Virus record (IMG/VR): IMGVR_UViG_3300020165_000007
Coordinates: 1-64,000 of that record
Length of the DNA stretch: 64,000 bases
Direction: 5' to 3' (one strand)
The notes beneath the pieces were generated by a model that made no database searches, had not been told where the DNA came from, and was given only the letters and a program-made list of their open reading frames with translations. A program made the position numbers and the translations under genes. This document shows, piece by piece, positions 20,312 to 30,495 of this stretch. The first letter of the stretch is position 1. Every line of letters starts with the position of its first letter.

Positions 20312-21219
20312 TACTGAGTGATATTAGTGAAGTTTTTACTGAAGTCTATATTGTCTCCTCTATTTTGTCTAACCTCGTATAATAAATTATTAAACTCATC
20401 TCTAATCTCATATAGGTTATATTGTTTGTAAATGTTAAGGTCGTTGTCATATAAGGTATAAACACCATCTTCAATAGATTTAGTCTGATTACCGTAAAGA
20501 GCAATCGCTAACGTATCTATATCATGCTCAGCTAATTCAATATCCAACGTTATCGGATTAAAAAATGTATTAGTGATTATTATATTTTGATTAGGTTGAC
20601 CTATAAATGGAGTCGCACTCGGTTTATTAGATGGTGCACTTGCCGGTGAAACTGTACAAAACAATAAATCACTACCACTATCCACATATCTGTATCTAAT
20701 AGACTTTTGTGATGAGTTAGTAAGATTAGTAACTACAGGTTCGCAATAAAATGATGATGTTATAATTCTATAAAAATTAGTAATTTTTGTACCGTCATTA
20801 TTTAAATACTCTACTCTATGACCAACTAATCCTTGATTAATAAATCTATTCCTGTATTGAGAGGGAACATTATTTAAATCTACGATTATTCCTTTTACGT
20901 TAGGTAATGACGATAATACTCCACAATCGGTAATTGTGGTTCGTATCTCCACAGGTCTGATATATAAAGTATATATACCTATTTGATTAAATTCATCCGC
21001 AGGTAATTTAAGGTTATATAACCCCCCTAATATCTCAAGGTCGGCATTTCCTCCTGTATCCGCGTTATGAAAATAAGGTGTTAATACTTCCGCAGCATTT
21101 AAAGTTTTTAACTCGAAGTTATTGGTCACATCCCTTGACGGGGTATAATTTAATATTATTTCCACGTCCTCAGGGGACATGTCTGCTGGTCTTGTTGTTC
21201 CGTATGTTCCTAAAGCCAT
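20311..21219 (-). CDS. Putative baseplate/structural protein, 302 aa
   Basis: Intact, tightly coupled ORF in the baseplate operon; family not recognised. Confidence 0.5.
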   Translation of the reverse strand: MALGTYGTTRPADMSPEDVEIILNYTPSRDVTNNFELKTLNAAEVLTPYFHNADTGGNADLEILGGLYNLKLPADEFNQIGIYTLYIRPVEIRTTITDCGVLSSLPNVKGIIVDLNNVPSQYRNRFINQGLVGHRVEYLNNDGTKITNFYRIITSSFYCEPVVTNLTNSSQKSIRYRYVDSGSDLLFCTVSPASAPSNKPSATPFIGQPNQNIIITNTFFNPITLDIELAEHDIDTLAIALYGNQTKSIEDGVYTLYDNDLNIYKQYNLYEIRDEFNNLLYEVRQNRGDNIDFSKNFTNITQ

Positions 21220-21220
21220 T

Positions 21221-22291
21221 TTACAATTGTTCTTTTATTTTAAAGAAACCGTACCCATAAGATACTAAGTCTCCGATGTTATCAACTTCTCCGAGTCTCT
21301 GTATTCCTTCGAACGCAGAATTTTTACCTCTATCAATAAATATTTGGGATTGTATTTCCGGTGAGGAAACTACACCAAATAATACTTCTTCTTTAGTAAT
21401 TGGGTCTGCAACAATCATGTTGTCGGTTATTCCACTAGATTCTATAAAAAATAAGGTCTTACCGTTAGGGTAATCGTAGTACACTACATCTTGTATTGTA
21501 TATGCAGTATACTCATCTGTTATCTCCGTAACTCTACCATAATCTTCATTATTCTTTTTTACGACAACCGAAGTATCATACTTTGTAGGTCCGTAAAGTT
21601 TTAAATTATTAAGTTGTGAAGAAGTAAATCCTGTTATAGTAAATGTCTCGTCACTTGTTTGAGCACTTACAGTATTTTCTGAGTCCCCCGTAAAAATAAA
21701 ATTATAATTAATCGGAATATTAGCCCAATTACCCCCTTGTTGAGTAAATGTTATAGTTTCTAAGGGATTTGTTATAGTGACTAATGTATTAGGTATCGAC
21801 ACTCCTTTAACTATATTTGTCACACCCCACGGATTATTTTGTGTTAACTTTATTTTATACGATAAAGTTAATGGCGGATACTCATGTTCCATATAATTTG
21901 GATAAATCGCAGTAAAAGGTTCCACAGTACCATCCCCCCAATCTATAGTGTATGTAGATAGTTTTAAAAACTTTTTTAATTGGTCTGATGTGTTATATAA
22001 TTTGATTTTAAAGTGGTTGGATGGGTCTCCACTAACTATAAAGTTAGATACCACATCTTTTTGTAAGACAAAACCATCAAATGCTGAGTAGAATCCCATA
22101 TCATCAAAAGTCTGATTAAAAACAATAGGTATTGTTAAATCTGTTAATAAACTGTCTCCGTTAGTCCCTCCACTTAATATTTGTGTCATAGCAGAATAAA
22201 CTCCAAACGTATTACCACTATACGTTTGCTGAACAACATCACTTTTAAGTGATTCTGGAGATATTTTTATGTAGTGTATATCTTCGTTCAT
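21221..22291 (-). CDS. Putative structural protein with PKD-like motif, 356 aa
   Basis: YTIDWGDGT motif; operon context. Confidence 0.5.
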   Translation of the reverse strand: MNEDIHYIKISPESLKSDVVQQTYSGNTFGVYSAMTQILSGGTNGDSLLTDLTIPIVFNQTFDDMGFYSAFDGFVLQKDVVSNFIVSGDPSNHFKIKLYNTSDQLKKFLKLSTYTIDWGDGTVEPFTAIYPNYMEHEYPPLTLSYKIKLTQNNPWGVTNIVKGVSIPNTLVTITNPLETITFTQQGGNWANIPINYNFIFTGDSENTVSAQTSDETFTITGFTSSQLNNLKLYGPTKYDTSVVVKKNNEDYGRVTEITDEYTAYTIQDVVYYDYPNGKTLFFIESSGITDNMIVADPITKEEVLFGVVSSPEIQSQIFIDRGKNSAFEGIQRLGEVDNIGDLVSYGYGFFKIKEQL

Positions 22292-23679
22292 GACGGATTT
22301 ACATATTCATACCAGTTTATTGGTGTTACCGTACCGACCCTGTTTTGAGTGTTCATATTAATAACATCATATTCATAATTTTCGTAATCAATATTAACTT
22401 GGTAGTAAAAATACTTAGAACTTTCAAAATTAAACTTCTGAGATAATGCAGACTGTCGAGTATTCATCATCCTAACAAATTGTCCAGTTTTAGCGTTAAA
22501 AAACTTAGCACTCATATAAAACTTATCTATATCGATATAATTCGGATTTTTTAACCAATAAATAAAGTATCCTTCTTTATCACCAACATAATCCAATAAA
22601 AAATTAGGCATCTTTATCTGCGAATCAGAAGGTGCCACCGCAGTAGACGCAGTATTAGGAGGTAAATTTCCTGCATTATTGTTTATTTCCCCACCACTTC
22701 CAGGTGGTTGGAATGATGCTGATGGTGTTGGTGATGGGGGTGTTGGTGTAGGTGTAGGCGTTGAACTGATTGATGGTGTTGGAGTCATCGACGGGTTTAT
22801 ACAATCGCAATTTCCAAGCGTAAAATCACTAAAATCATCTATTATATCATTAGGGGGTGCGTCCGGTATAATATCATCACCTATACTAATTATTTCAAAA
22901 CATGTTCCCTGATAATCTATTGTATAATTATTTTGAGGCCATGATAAAAGTTCATTAACGATTTGAACATCAATATATTTAGTTAACGAAACGCTATTAC
23001 AGTTTAAAAATGTCGTCTCATAAGTATCGGGAAAAAACAATATTACATCATTAATTTTTGATGTAGATGGTGTAGGTGTAGGTGTGGGCACATAGTAAAG
23101 TGGGGCCGCAAGACCAAAATCTCCACCACCTGGTAATATGTCTGGAATTGTTGGTCCCGAAACATATGGGTTAGATATCGGAGGTTCCGTTCCGGATAAT
23201 CTAGTTAATCCTTGTTGTGTAGGTAATATAATGGTTAAATAAAGTTTTTGTGTCTCACTATTGTCAGTATCATATAAATCTAACTTAAAGAAACTATTTT
23301 TATATGAGTTAGCATTATAATATATCTCACCCTCAGTAAAGCAAGTTCCTGTGAAATTTGGGTTATCGGTAAACACATAGTCACTTGTCCATAAATTGAC
23401 GTTAGATGGATTAGTTGCTCCTACATCAATACTTCTATCGAAAAAACTAAATTTGTGGTTAATACTAGTCTGTAATATATTATCTTTGTACCAATCTTTG
23501 TGAGTAAATCTTGTTAACTCAAAGTCTTCAATAGGATTTATTACTTTTTCTAAAGTCTCTTCTTCAAACTTATCCACCAAATCATCTCTACCTAATAAAT
23601 CGGTATCAATTTGAATGGGTATGTTTATATACCTATCGTTAGGTGATATTTTAATTCTATATTTATTCACAGTAGTCAT
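22288..23679 (-). CDS. Putative structural protein with Pro/Thr-flanked insertion, 463 aa
   Basis: Overlapping start/stop coupling; internal PTPTP linkers flanking a Cys-containing module. Confidence 0.5.
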   Translation of the reverse strand: MTTVNKYRIKISPNDRYINIPIQIDTDLLGRDDLVDKFEEETLEKVINPIEDFELTRFTHKDWYKDNILQTSINHKFSFFDRSIDVGATNPSNVNLWTSDYVFTDNPNFTGTCFTEGEIYYNANSYKNSFFKLDLYDTDNSETQKLYLTIILPTQQGLTRLSGTEPPISNPYVSGPTIPDILPGGGDFGLAAPLYYVPTPTPTPSTSKINDVILFFPDTYETTFLNCNSVSLTKYIDVQIVNELLSWPQNNYTIDYQGTCFEIISIGDDIIPDAPPNDIIDDFSDFTLGNCDCINPSMTPTPSISSTPTPTPTPPSPTPSASFQPPGSGGEINNNAGNLPPNTASTAVAPSDSQIKMPNFLLDYVGDKEGYFIYWLKNPNYIDIDKFYMSAKFFNAKTGQFVRMMNTRQSALSQKFNFESSKYFYYQVNIDYENYEYDVINMNTQNRVGTVTPINWYEYVNPS

Positions 23680-25375
23680 TTATTGGGGCGAATGAAATAT
23701 TACTATTGTTAATATTTCTCTTCATAGGAGTTAGTAAAAATAGTATCTCACTAAATGGGTAGTGACATCCATTTAAAAAAGGATTATCTAAACCATTACC
23801 GTCACTGTCTTTATATCCATATGGGTATAAATCTCTCCATCTCCATTGTTTTTCATATTTAGATAAAAAAGCGTAATCCGGAACTAAATCAACTGAATTT
23901 TCATCTCCAAGTTCAATATAGTCCGAATACACTCTTATGGGTACTGAATAATGTGGATTAAAAGCATATCCAGAAGGTAACGTATTAATACTGTTATTAT
24001 CAAATACTTGTGGGTTATACGATATCTTGTGACTTATGTTAGACAATACAACTTCTTTTTGATTATACTTATTAAACTCACATATACCACCCATTAATTT
24101 ATGACCAATTTCTAAATTTTCATTATAATGAAATGTATTTCCATTTTTAACGTAACTTCCGTTTGGTATGTCGTCTCTATTAGATGTGTTGTTTATATCC
24201 CACCACTCGTCTATTTCATCTTCTAAAAAGTTTAATTCCCATCCGACCTGCACTCCCGTATTATTATTACTTACGTAAGGGTTATTAAACCAACCCATAT
24301 AACCTTTATTTAGAATAGTTACAAACAATTCAGTTATAGGTCTATCTAAATTATCCCTAAGTGAAGATATATCTATATCTTTATCAAAAGAAAACCCTAC
24401 TGTAGTATTACCATCTTTAATTGAAACTCTCTGCACATTATTTGGTGTTAATGCCGAATACTCCAATTGTTTTTTAACGGGAAAAGGGTTAGTTTCATAT
24501 GCCAACTTAGTAATATCAGCATGAGTATTTTTAGTTAAAACTTTATGACACCTAACATAATATTCTGAGGTAGTCTCTTCTTTATTATTTATATCTGTAA
24601 CTTTTTTAAAATTACCTGTAGCGTAGTTACCAAAAAGTGGGTCAGTAAATCCATAATTAAATATAGAAAAAACTTTTTCCTGATTTCCGTAGTACAAATC
24701 ACCTATTTCATAAACTTCAAAATATCGTTTACCATTTATTTCGTCTTTAGTGTAAATCCAATCACCAAGAGATAAGTTATGTTTAAATCCACAATAAAAC
24801 GTAATAAGATTTTTCCCCCTGTCTTGTGTGTTAAGTATATAATACGGTACCCCTTCACTAACTACAAAATTATTTACCGAAGTTCCACTTTCAAAGTTTA
24901 CAGTCTGTCTTAAATTTTGGTCTGTTTTATTTTCAGATGCATATGTGACATACGAAACCCAATTATATGACGAAGCGCTTTTATTTATAAATGGTATGTG
25001 ACCTTCAATACCTCTAGTCCTAAAAAAAGTAAATTCGTCATATTGAGGATATCCTTTCCATTCACCTCCAAAAGTGAGAGTATTTAAAGTATCTGTATAG
25101 TATAGAGAGTTTCTAAATGGTTCGTAACTTGTTTGACCGCTAACAATATTATTAAATATATTAACTATCTTTCCAGCAATTCTAAATTTACTTGAATTTT
25201 GTCTTTCGTAGTTAAACCTTTCTTCTAAATTAAGTATTTTAGACCTTTCACCCTCTATAATATTTTTATTATTTCCTTGTAAATTTACATTTATTAATAA
25301 ATCAGTATTAGACGCACCGGCAAAACGGTCCTCTCCTCTAACAATTCTAATATCTGAATTTTTCTTATTACTCAT
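23663..25375 (-). CDS. Putative baseplate/structural protein, 570 aa
   Basis: Intact ORF overlapping both neighbours. Confidence 0.5.
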   Translation of the reverse strand: MSNKKNSDIRIVRGEDRFAGASNTDLLINVNLQGNNKNIIEGERSKILNLEERFNYERQNSSKFRIAGKIVNIFNNIVSGQTSYEPFRNSLYYTDTLNTLTFGGEWKGYPQYDEFTFFRTRGIEGHIPFINKSASSYNWVSYVTYASENKTDQNLRQTVNFESGTSVNNFVVSEGVPYYILNTQDRGKNLITFYCGFKHNLSLGDWIYTKDEINGKRYFEVYEIGDLYYGNQEKVFSIFNYGFTDPLFGNYATGNFKKVTDINNKEETTSEYYVRCHKVLTKNTHADITKLAYETNPFPVKKQLEYSALTPNNVQRVSIKDGNTTVGFSFDKDIDISSLRDNLDRPITELFVTILNKGYMGWFNNPYVSNNNTGVQVGWELNFLEDEIDEWWDINNTSNRDDIPNGSYVKNGNTFHYNENLEIGHKLMGGICEFNKYNQKEVVLSNISHKISYNPQVFDNNSINTLPSGYAFNPHYSVPIRVYSDYIELGDENSVDLVPDYAFLSKYEKQWRWRDLYPYGYKDSDGNGLDNPFLNGCHYPFSEILFLLTPMKRNINNSNISFAPINDYCE

Positions 25376-28300
25376 CTTGAGCGAAAATGTATTTTTTTAT
25401 GTATCTATTCATCGCACTTTTACCCCTTTTAAGACCAAAATAATAGTAAAAGGGTCCACCTACTTTAAAGTTACCACCATTCACATCATTCGTAGGGTAT
25501 GAGTCGTATTCAGGGTCTGTCGAGCTTCTGTTATAAATATAACCAAGACCATATCCTGAATTAGGTTTCATATATGTACTATTGTTATTATAAAAATCAT
25601 CTCCTTGGTATTTAGAGTTGAATATATATTCAGTATTCCATGAGTTATGTTGGGTCCCAAATAATCCATTGTCATTTACGTTCCACATATAATACGGAAC
25701 TACTTGGGTATTCGAATATCCAAATGTATTTGTCGGACCTGTCGGTTCGGTTCCAAATGTAGTCACTCCATTCGTAATAACTCTCCTATTAATTGTATTC
25801 GAACTAAACCAAATACCAAATCTATCATCTATTAAAGAAATACTATCTTCATAATTACCTTCTAAAAATGGTATAACACCATACTCAGAGTTAATACCTA
25901 CCATTTGAGCGTAGTCCCCATCAACCCGACTGTCAAGTGGATTTGAGAGCCCTAAAATCTGAGTCTCTCTTGAGAAAAGCATTCCCACAGAACCGTCTCC
26001 AGCACCTAACACTTGTTCCAAAAAGTTGGCGTTCGCCAAACGGGAGACTATAAATAAAATATCAATATTAGATGGGTCGTTATAACTTGTAGTTTCTATT
26101 GTATCAATTATATAACCTTCAAATTCAGGTGAAAACGCAATCTCTTTTGTGAACTCATCTCTTGGTCCTAACTCATTAATAGTTGTTGGGTACCAAATGT
26201 TTTTATCATTTTGACCGGAGTAATAATCCCTACCTGGCTCCTGACCTATAAATTGATTCGTATCATCATTAAAAGGTGTCGAACGATAAAAGAATGAGTT
26301 TGTTTCGGTATTAAAATATAATGGTCCTTGGTACCTTCTATTGACCCAAAATTGTTGGGGGTCACCACAGAAACGATACCGTTTAGGTTGATTATCTGAA
26401 TTATATATGGTTTGTTTTTGAAATGAGGGCATATATAGAGACCCATTTAACCAGTTATTTTGAAACATTTGCCCAATAACTCCCTGGCATAGTGCAAACA
26501 TAAATCTTATCCTTACTCTCCATTCAAAAAACATTTGTATGTCTCTAGGAATTGTAAGTATTAATCTTCTAATCACGAAACGGTAACATCCGTTAACAAC
26601 TCTTTCATCACTATCAATAGGTCCAGGTAGGTCACATGGGTTAACAACTTCAAATTCCTCACCCTGTCCTTGATAACAGTTTAAAGGTACCATACCTTGA
26701 CATCCGAAACTTTGTATTACTTCCGATGTTACTGAATTTGCGTCTTCTGAAGCGTCGGCAGCATTGCCAGTGTCGTCCGATGAAGTCACCACTTCTCCCT
26801 CTATATTTGTTACCGTACCCTCTTCATCTAAAAAGAATAACTGTTGTCTTAGATTTAAATGTAATCCATACCTTCTAAATTCAGGTTCGTTATTGTTATA
26901 TTCAAACCTATCAAATTGGTCTCCTGTTGGTATTCTATCCGACCTAAACACTAACCTGTTGACATTAGACATATTAGTAATTACCTGTTGGTCTGATAAA
27001 TTTCTAGAGAGGTATAGTGGAGATACCGTAATGATTTTCGTATCGTCAGTATTTTTTAAGTTCCTTTTATCATTATTTTTATCTGAGTATTGATACCCGC
27101 AACCTTCTATTCCTCTTTGAAACCATGGGTCCATACCTTTGTTGGGGTATCCACTACCTGGTCCGTCAGGACAATTTACCCCATTACCATCAACACCCAT
27201 ATAATTTTTGTAACGGTTATCATTAACTAATTGTTTATCTAAAGAAACGTATTTGTTAAAACATTCGGTAGAAAAGGATTGGTAATTTTCCCCGCTATTA
27301 CCAAAATTAGCAGTATAAGATGGGTGATATAACGCTTTGGCACTAAATCCGTCTCCACCATATCCATAGTTATTAGTGTCTTCGAACTTAAGGTCATCAC
27401 CCACCCACTTAAAGTGAGGTACTGGGGTTTTATTCGAATTTCTCCAAATACCGTCTTGGGTTGCGGTATTTTCACCTGTTAATACATTGGGTTGTATCGG
27501 TATATTTAAGTAGTATTCTCCTTCTACAGTTACTTCATTAGCCCAATCATCAAACTCACCCGAACTAGTCTCATATCCAAATAGTTTAGATAAATCATAT
27601 TTCATCTTTTGCTTTGGACTATATGGGTCAACTCCTCTTGTTGCAAATACAATAACTAAATCATTTTCGTTAGTATTACCCTGTTTATAGAAGTGACTTA
27701 CCGTCGCTAAGTTATGGGCATCTCCATCAGTTTGGTCATTTTCCTCACATTGGTAACCCACCTTATAATCTAAGAGATACCTCCTAAGTAATCCGTTAGT
27801 GGTTCCAGTAGTTATAGAGTTAACCTCAGACCTAGTCATACCTGTTATAACTTGGAAGTACTCTACTCCCGCCTTATATTTATAACTTGTAGTTGCACCA
27901 GTATTTACTATAGTGACTCCCTGTGCAGTACTTGCGACACCATTAGGTTTCAAATATTTTATATCTATAGTAGTGTAACCATTTTCATTATAATTTATGG
28001 AATTACCCGTAAGACCATTATTATTAAACTGATTACCGCTAGGGTAACGATTAACGTTAGGGTCTGAAATGGTAGACGGGTCATTAAAGGTAAATAACTG
28101 TCCTGGTATTACTACACTACCTGGGTCCAATACCATAATAAAACAACTGTCTGTCCATGGCGTAGATGCGTTATATCCAAAGTGGTCGTTTACTGTCCTA
28201 ACAAGCATTCTGTTAGTTGTTGATGGACCGAAGTTTTGGTTACCGTTATCTCCGAAGTACATATGTCTTCGGTTCATAAGATTTAAAGCTTGAGCCCATG

Positions 28301-30422
28301 TTGGGTTAGGTGAAAATCTCCATCTAGTTTTGCTCGGAGGTTCATTTGGCCCGTCTTTATATATGGGATATACAGGTGATTTATACCATTCGGGTTGGTC
28401 CCTTTCTCCATCTTTATCAGTTTCTAGTTTTATTTGGTTTTTATAAAATCCAGGACCACTGTTACTGTCATATCCACTACTTAAAAATCTACCAGTCCAT
28501 GGAGACATAATGGTTGGTGTAGATGTTCCGTCAACATTCGCATTACACGCGTTTACCTGATAAGACTCACTCCAAGTAATATCCGCAATTGGTCCAAATG
28601 TTAGCTCATCCGCTAAGTCATTTAACTCTTGACTATCTTCTTCTGAAACACTATCAGAACTACAATTACAAGTCTCACAATCAGGATAACTAATCATAGG
28701 TAGTGAAATGTTTTTAAATGGATTTTCTTTAGGTAGTGGTTCGATTAATGCACTTTTACAATCTTCCCTACTTAGTCTCCTTGAGAAAATGGATATGATA
28801 ACACACATCACATATATAATTCCATTTATAATTGCTATTATAATATTTAGTATGGCCCTTACTATCGGATATAAAACAGCCAAAACATGCATTAAAATTA
28901 TTAACGAAATAAATGAAGGAACTAAAATAGTGATAAGATAATTAAATAAAAGTATAAAAAAGTTACCGTTTCTTTGTGCGTCATTTATGGGTGGTTTATT
29001 AATTTCTGACTGACACGTTTTATCGTTAATCTCTTTTATCCCAAGATGTTTTATTCTATTAAACCCCCATTTAAATCTGTCAATATGAGACGCAACTGTA
29101 TAAACTTTATTAAAATTAAACTCATAAAAACTATCATCACAATTAATAGCCGCGTTCTTATCGTAGTAATCATCCCAATTCAAAGAAAATGAATACGATT
29201 TATTCCATGTCTCTTCATCAGGTCTATCGTTAACGGTCGTTCCTGTCCATCCATGTTCTTTTATGTTGGGAATTAAGTAGTTCGCTCTTATTATTTCCCC
29301 GTCTAATCCCGACTCATTTTGCCATTTTATTTTAAATCTACTTTTACTTTTAGTAGGGATTCCGATAGATGGGTCTATTGATATAATTTGTTCCCCGAAT
29401 TCATTAGTTATTACATAGTCTAAATTCATCGGAAGGTCAATTAACCACGTACCGTTATCGTCAATTATATTACCACCTTCTTCAAAAATAAATTGTTCTA
29501 AAATAGGATTACCTGAAAAATCGACATCCGTTGTTTGTCTTATACATAGTATTTGACCCGGACCTGTAGATAAATCACATAATTTACCTGTATCATTTTT
29601 AGGTTTACAATTCCCTTTTAAATAATCCTCATCAGTACTACTAAATATGGAGCCCATAAAAACTGCCTGTGGTTGTATTTCAATACCTAAATCTCTTAAA
29701 TCGAAATCACTTCTAGTAATCCCAACATCACATAAATCATTTTCACCCCAAAATGGTGTGACATCCACTTCTTGTACGCTATTGACTATTTGTGGTAAAC
29801 TTTTTAAATCTTGTGAAGCTTTAAATTGTTGTCCATTAAACTGTGTCGGAACTCCCATCCCCATCCTTATTAAGTCAGAGGGTCGTAATGAGAATTGACC
29901 TATATTAGATAGGTCTAAGTCCATAACTAACTTTTGTTGACCCAATGGTACCCCGACTATCATAAAGTCTCCTGAGTTGTTTGTTTTTACTGTGTACTTG
30001 TAATATTTCTCGTAAACGTGTAAAACTTCTTTTCGAGTTAAAACATCTTCTCGGTCAGGAAAAGTACCCGTAGGTGTATGACCTCCATACTCTTTTACGT
30101 ATGGTAAAAGATTATATCTATACCCATCTTCATTTTTTGTCTGTATATTTTTATAAGGGTAAAGAGTAGATATAATATTATCATTTTGGTCAATATCATC
30201 TAATGGTACAAATATAGAAATATTTACATTAGGTACTCCAAATCCACCATTAGCAATCACTCGTCCAGTTACAACTCCATAATCCGCACAAAATCTTTCA
30301 TATAAATCTTCTTGTCGTAATTTTAACGATAAGATTTCCAAAAAATCAAAATCTTGCTCTATATTAAGACGTACTTCCCTGTCGACCCCAACTTTTGTTC
30401 TAAACCTATATGACTTTGACAT
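25368..30422 (-). CDS. Large baseplate-associated protein with long hydrophobic segment, 1684 aa
   Basis: N-terminal Ig/transthyretin-like signature (GVVTGRV...GVPNVNISIF...TNNSGDFMIVGVP); ~60-aa hydrophobic stretch near residues 490-547. Confidence 0.6.
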   Translation of the reverse strand: MSKSYRFRTKVGVDREVRLNIEQDFDFLEILSLKLRQEDLYERFCADYGVVTGRVIANGGFGVPNVNISIFVPLDDIDQNDNIISTLYPYKNIQTKNEDGYRYNLLPYVKEYGGHTPTGTFPDREDVLTRKEVLHVYEKYYKYTVKTNNSGDFMIVGVPLGQQKLVMDLDLSNIGQFSLRPSDLIRMGMGVPTQFNGQQFKASQDLKSLPQIVNSVQEVDVTPFWGENDLCDVGITRSDFDLRDLGIEIQPQAVFMGSIFSSTDEDYLKGNCKPKNDTGKLCDLSTGPGQILCIRQTTDVDFSGNPILEQFIFEEGGNIIDDNGTWLIDLPMNLDYVITNEFGEQIISIDPSIGIPTKSKSRFKIKWQNESGLDGEIIRANYLIPNIKEHGWTGTTVNDRPDEETWNKSYSFSLNWDDYYDKNAAINCDDSFYEFNFNKVYTVASHIDRFKWGFNRIKHLGIKEINDKTCQSEINKPPINDAQRNGNFFILLFNYLITILVPSFISLIILMHVLAVLYPIVRAILNIIIAIINGIIYVMCVIISIFSRRLSREDCKSALIEPLPKENPFKNISLPMISYPDCETCNCSSDSVSEEDSQELNDLADELTFGPIADITWSESYQVNACNANVDGTSTPTIMSPWTGRFLSSGYDSNSGPGFYKNQIKLETDKDGERDQPEWYKSPVYPIYKDGPNEPPSKTRWRFSPNPTWAQALNLMNRRHMYFGDNGNQNFGPSTTNRMLVRTVNDHFGYNASTPWTDSCFIMVLDPGSVVIPGQLFTFNDPSTISDPNVNRYPSGNQFNNNGLTGNSINYNENGYTTIDIKYLKPNGVASTAQGVTIVNTGATTSYKYKAGVEYFQVITGMTRSEVNSITTGTTNGLLRRYLLDYKVGYQCEENDQTDGDAHNLATVSHFYKQGNTNENDLVIVFATRGVDPYSPKQKMKYDLSKLFGYETSSGEFDDWANEVTVEGEYYLNIPIQPNVLTGENTATQDGIWRNSNKTPVPHFKWVGDDLKFEDTNNYGYGGDGFSAKALYHPSYTANFGNSGENYQSFSTECFNKYVSLDKQLVNDNRYKNYMGVDGNGVNCPDGPGSGYPNKGMDPWFQRGIEGCGYQYSDKNNDKRNLKNTDDTKIITVSPLYLSRNLSDQQVITNMSNVNRLVFRSDRIPTGDQFDRFEYNNNEPEFRRYGLHLNLRQQLFFLDEEGTVTNIEGEVVTSSDDTGNAADASEDANSVTSEVIQSFGCQGMVPLNCYQGQGEEFEVVNPCDLPGPIDSDERVVNGCYRFVIRRLILTIPRDIQMFFEWRVRIRFMFALCQGVIGQMFQNNWLNGSLYMPSFQKQTIYNSDNQPKRYRFCGDPQQFWVNRRYQGPLYFNTETNSFFYRSTPFNDDTNQFIGQEPGRDYYSGQNDKNIWYPTTINELGPRDEFTKEIAFSPEFEGYIIDTIETTSYNDPSNIDILFIVSRLANANFLEQVLGAGDGSVGMLFSRETQILGLSNPLDSRVDGDYAQMVGINSEYGVIPFLEGNYEDSISLIDDRFGIWFSSNTINRRVITNGVTTFGTEPTGPTNTFGYSNTQVVPYYMWNVNDNGLFGTQHNSWNTEYIFNSKYQGDDFYNNNSTYMKPNSGYGLGYIYNRSSTDPEYDSYPTNDVNGGNFKVGGPFYYYFGLKRGKSAMNRYIKKYIFAQDE

Positions 30423-30495
30423 AAAATTACTTTTAAAATAAATAGTTATTTATACTAATTTTAAAACTATTTAAATAAAAGTATATGGAAGAAAA

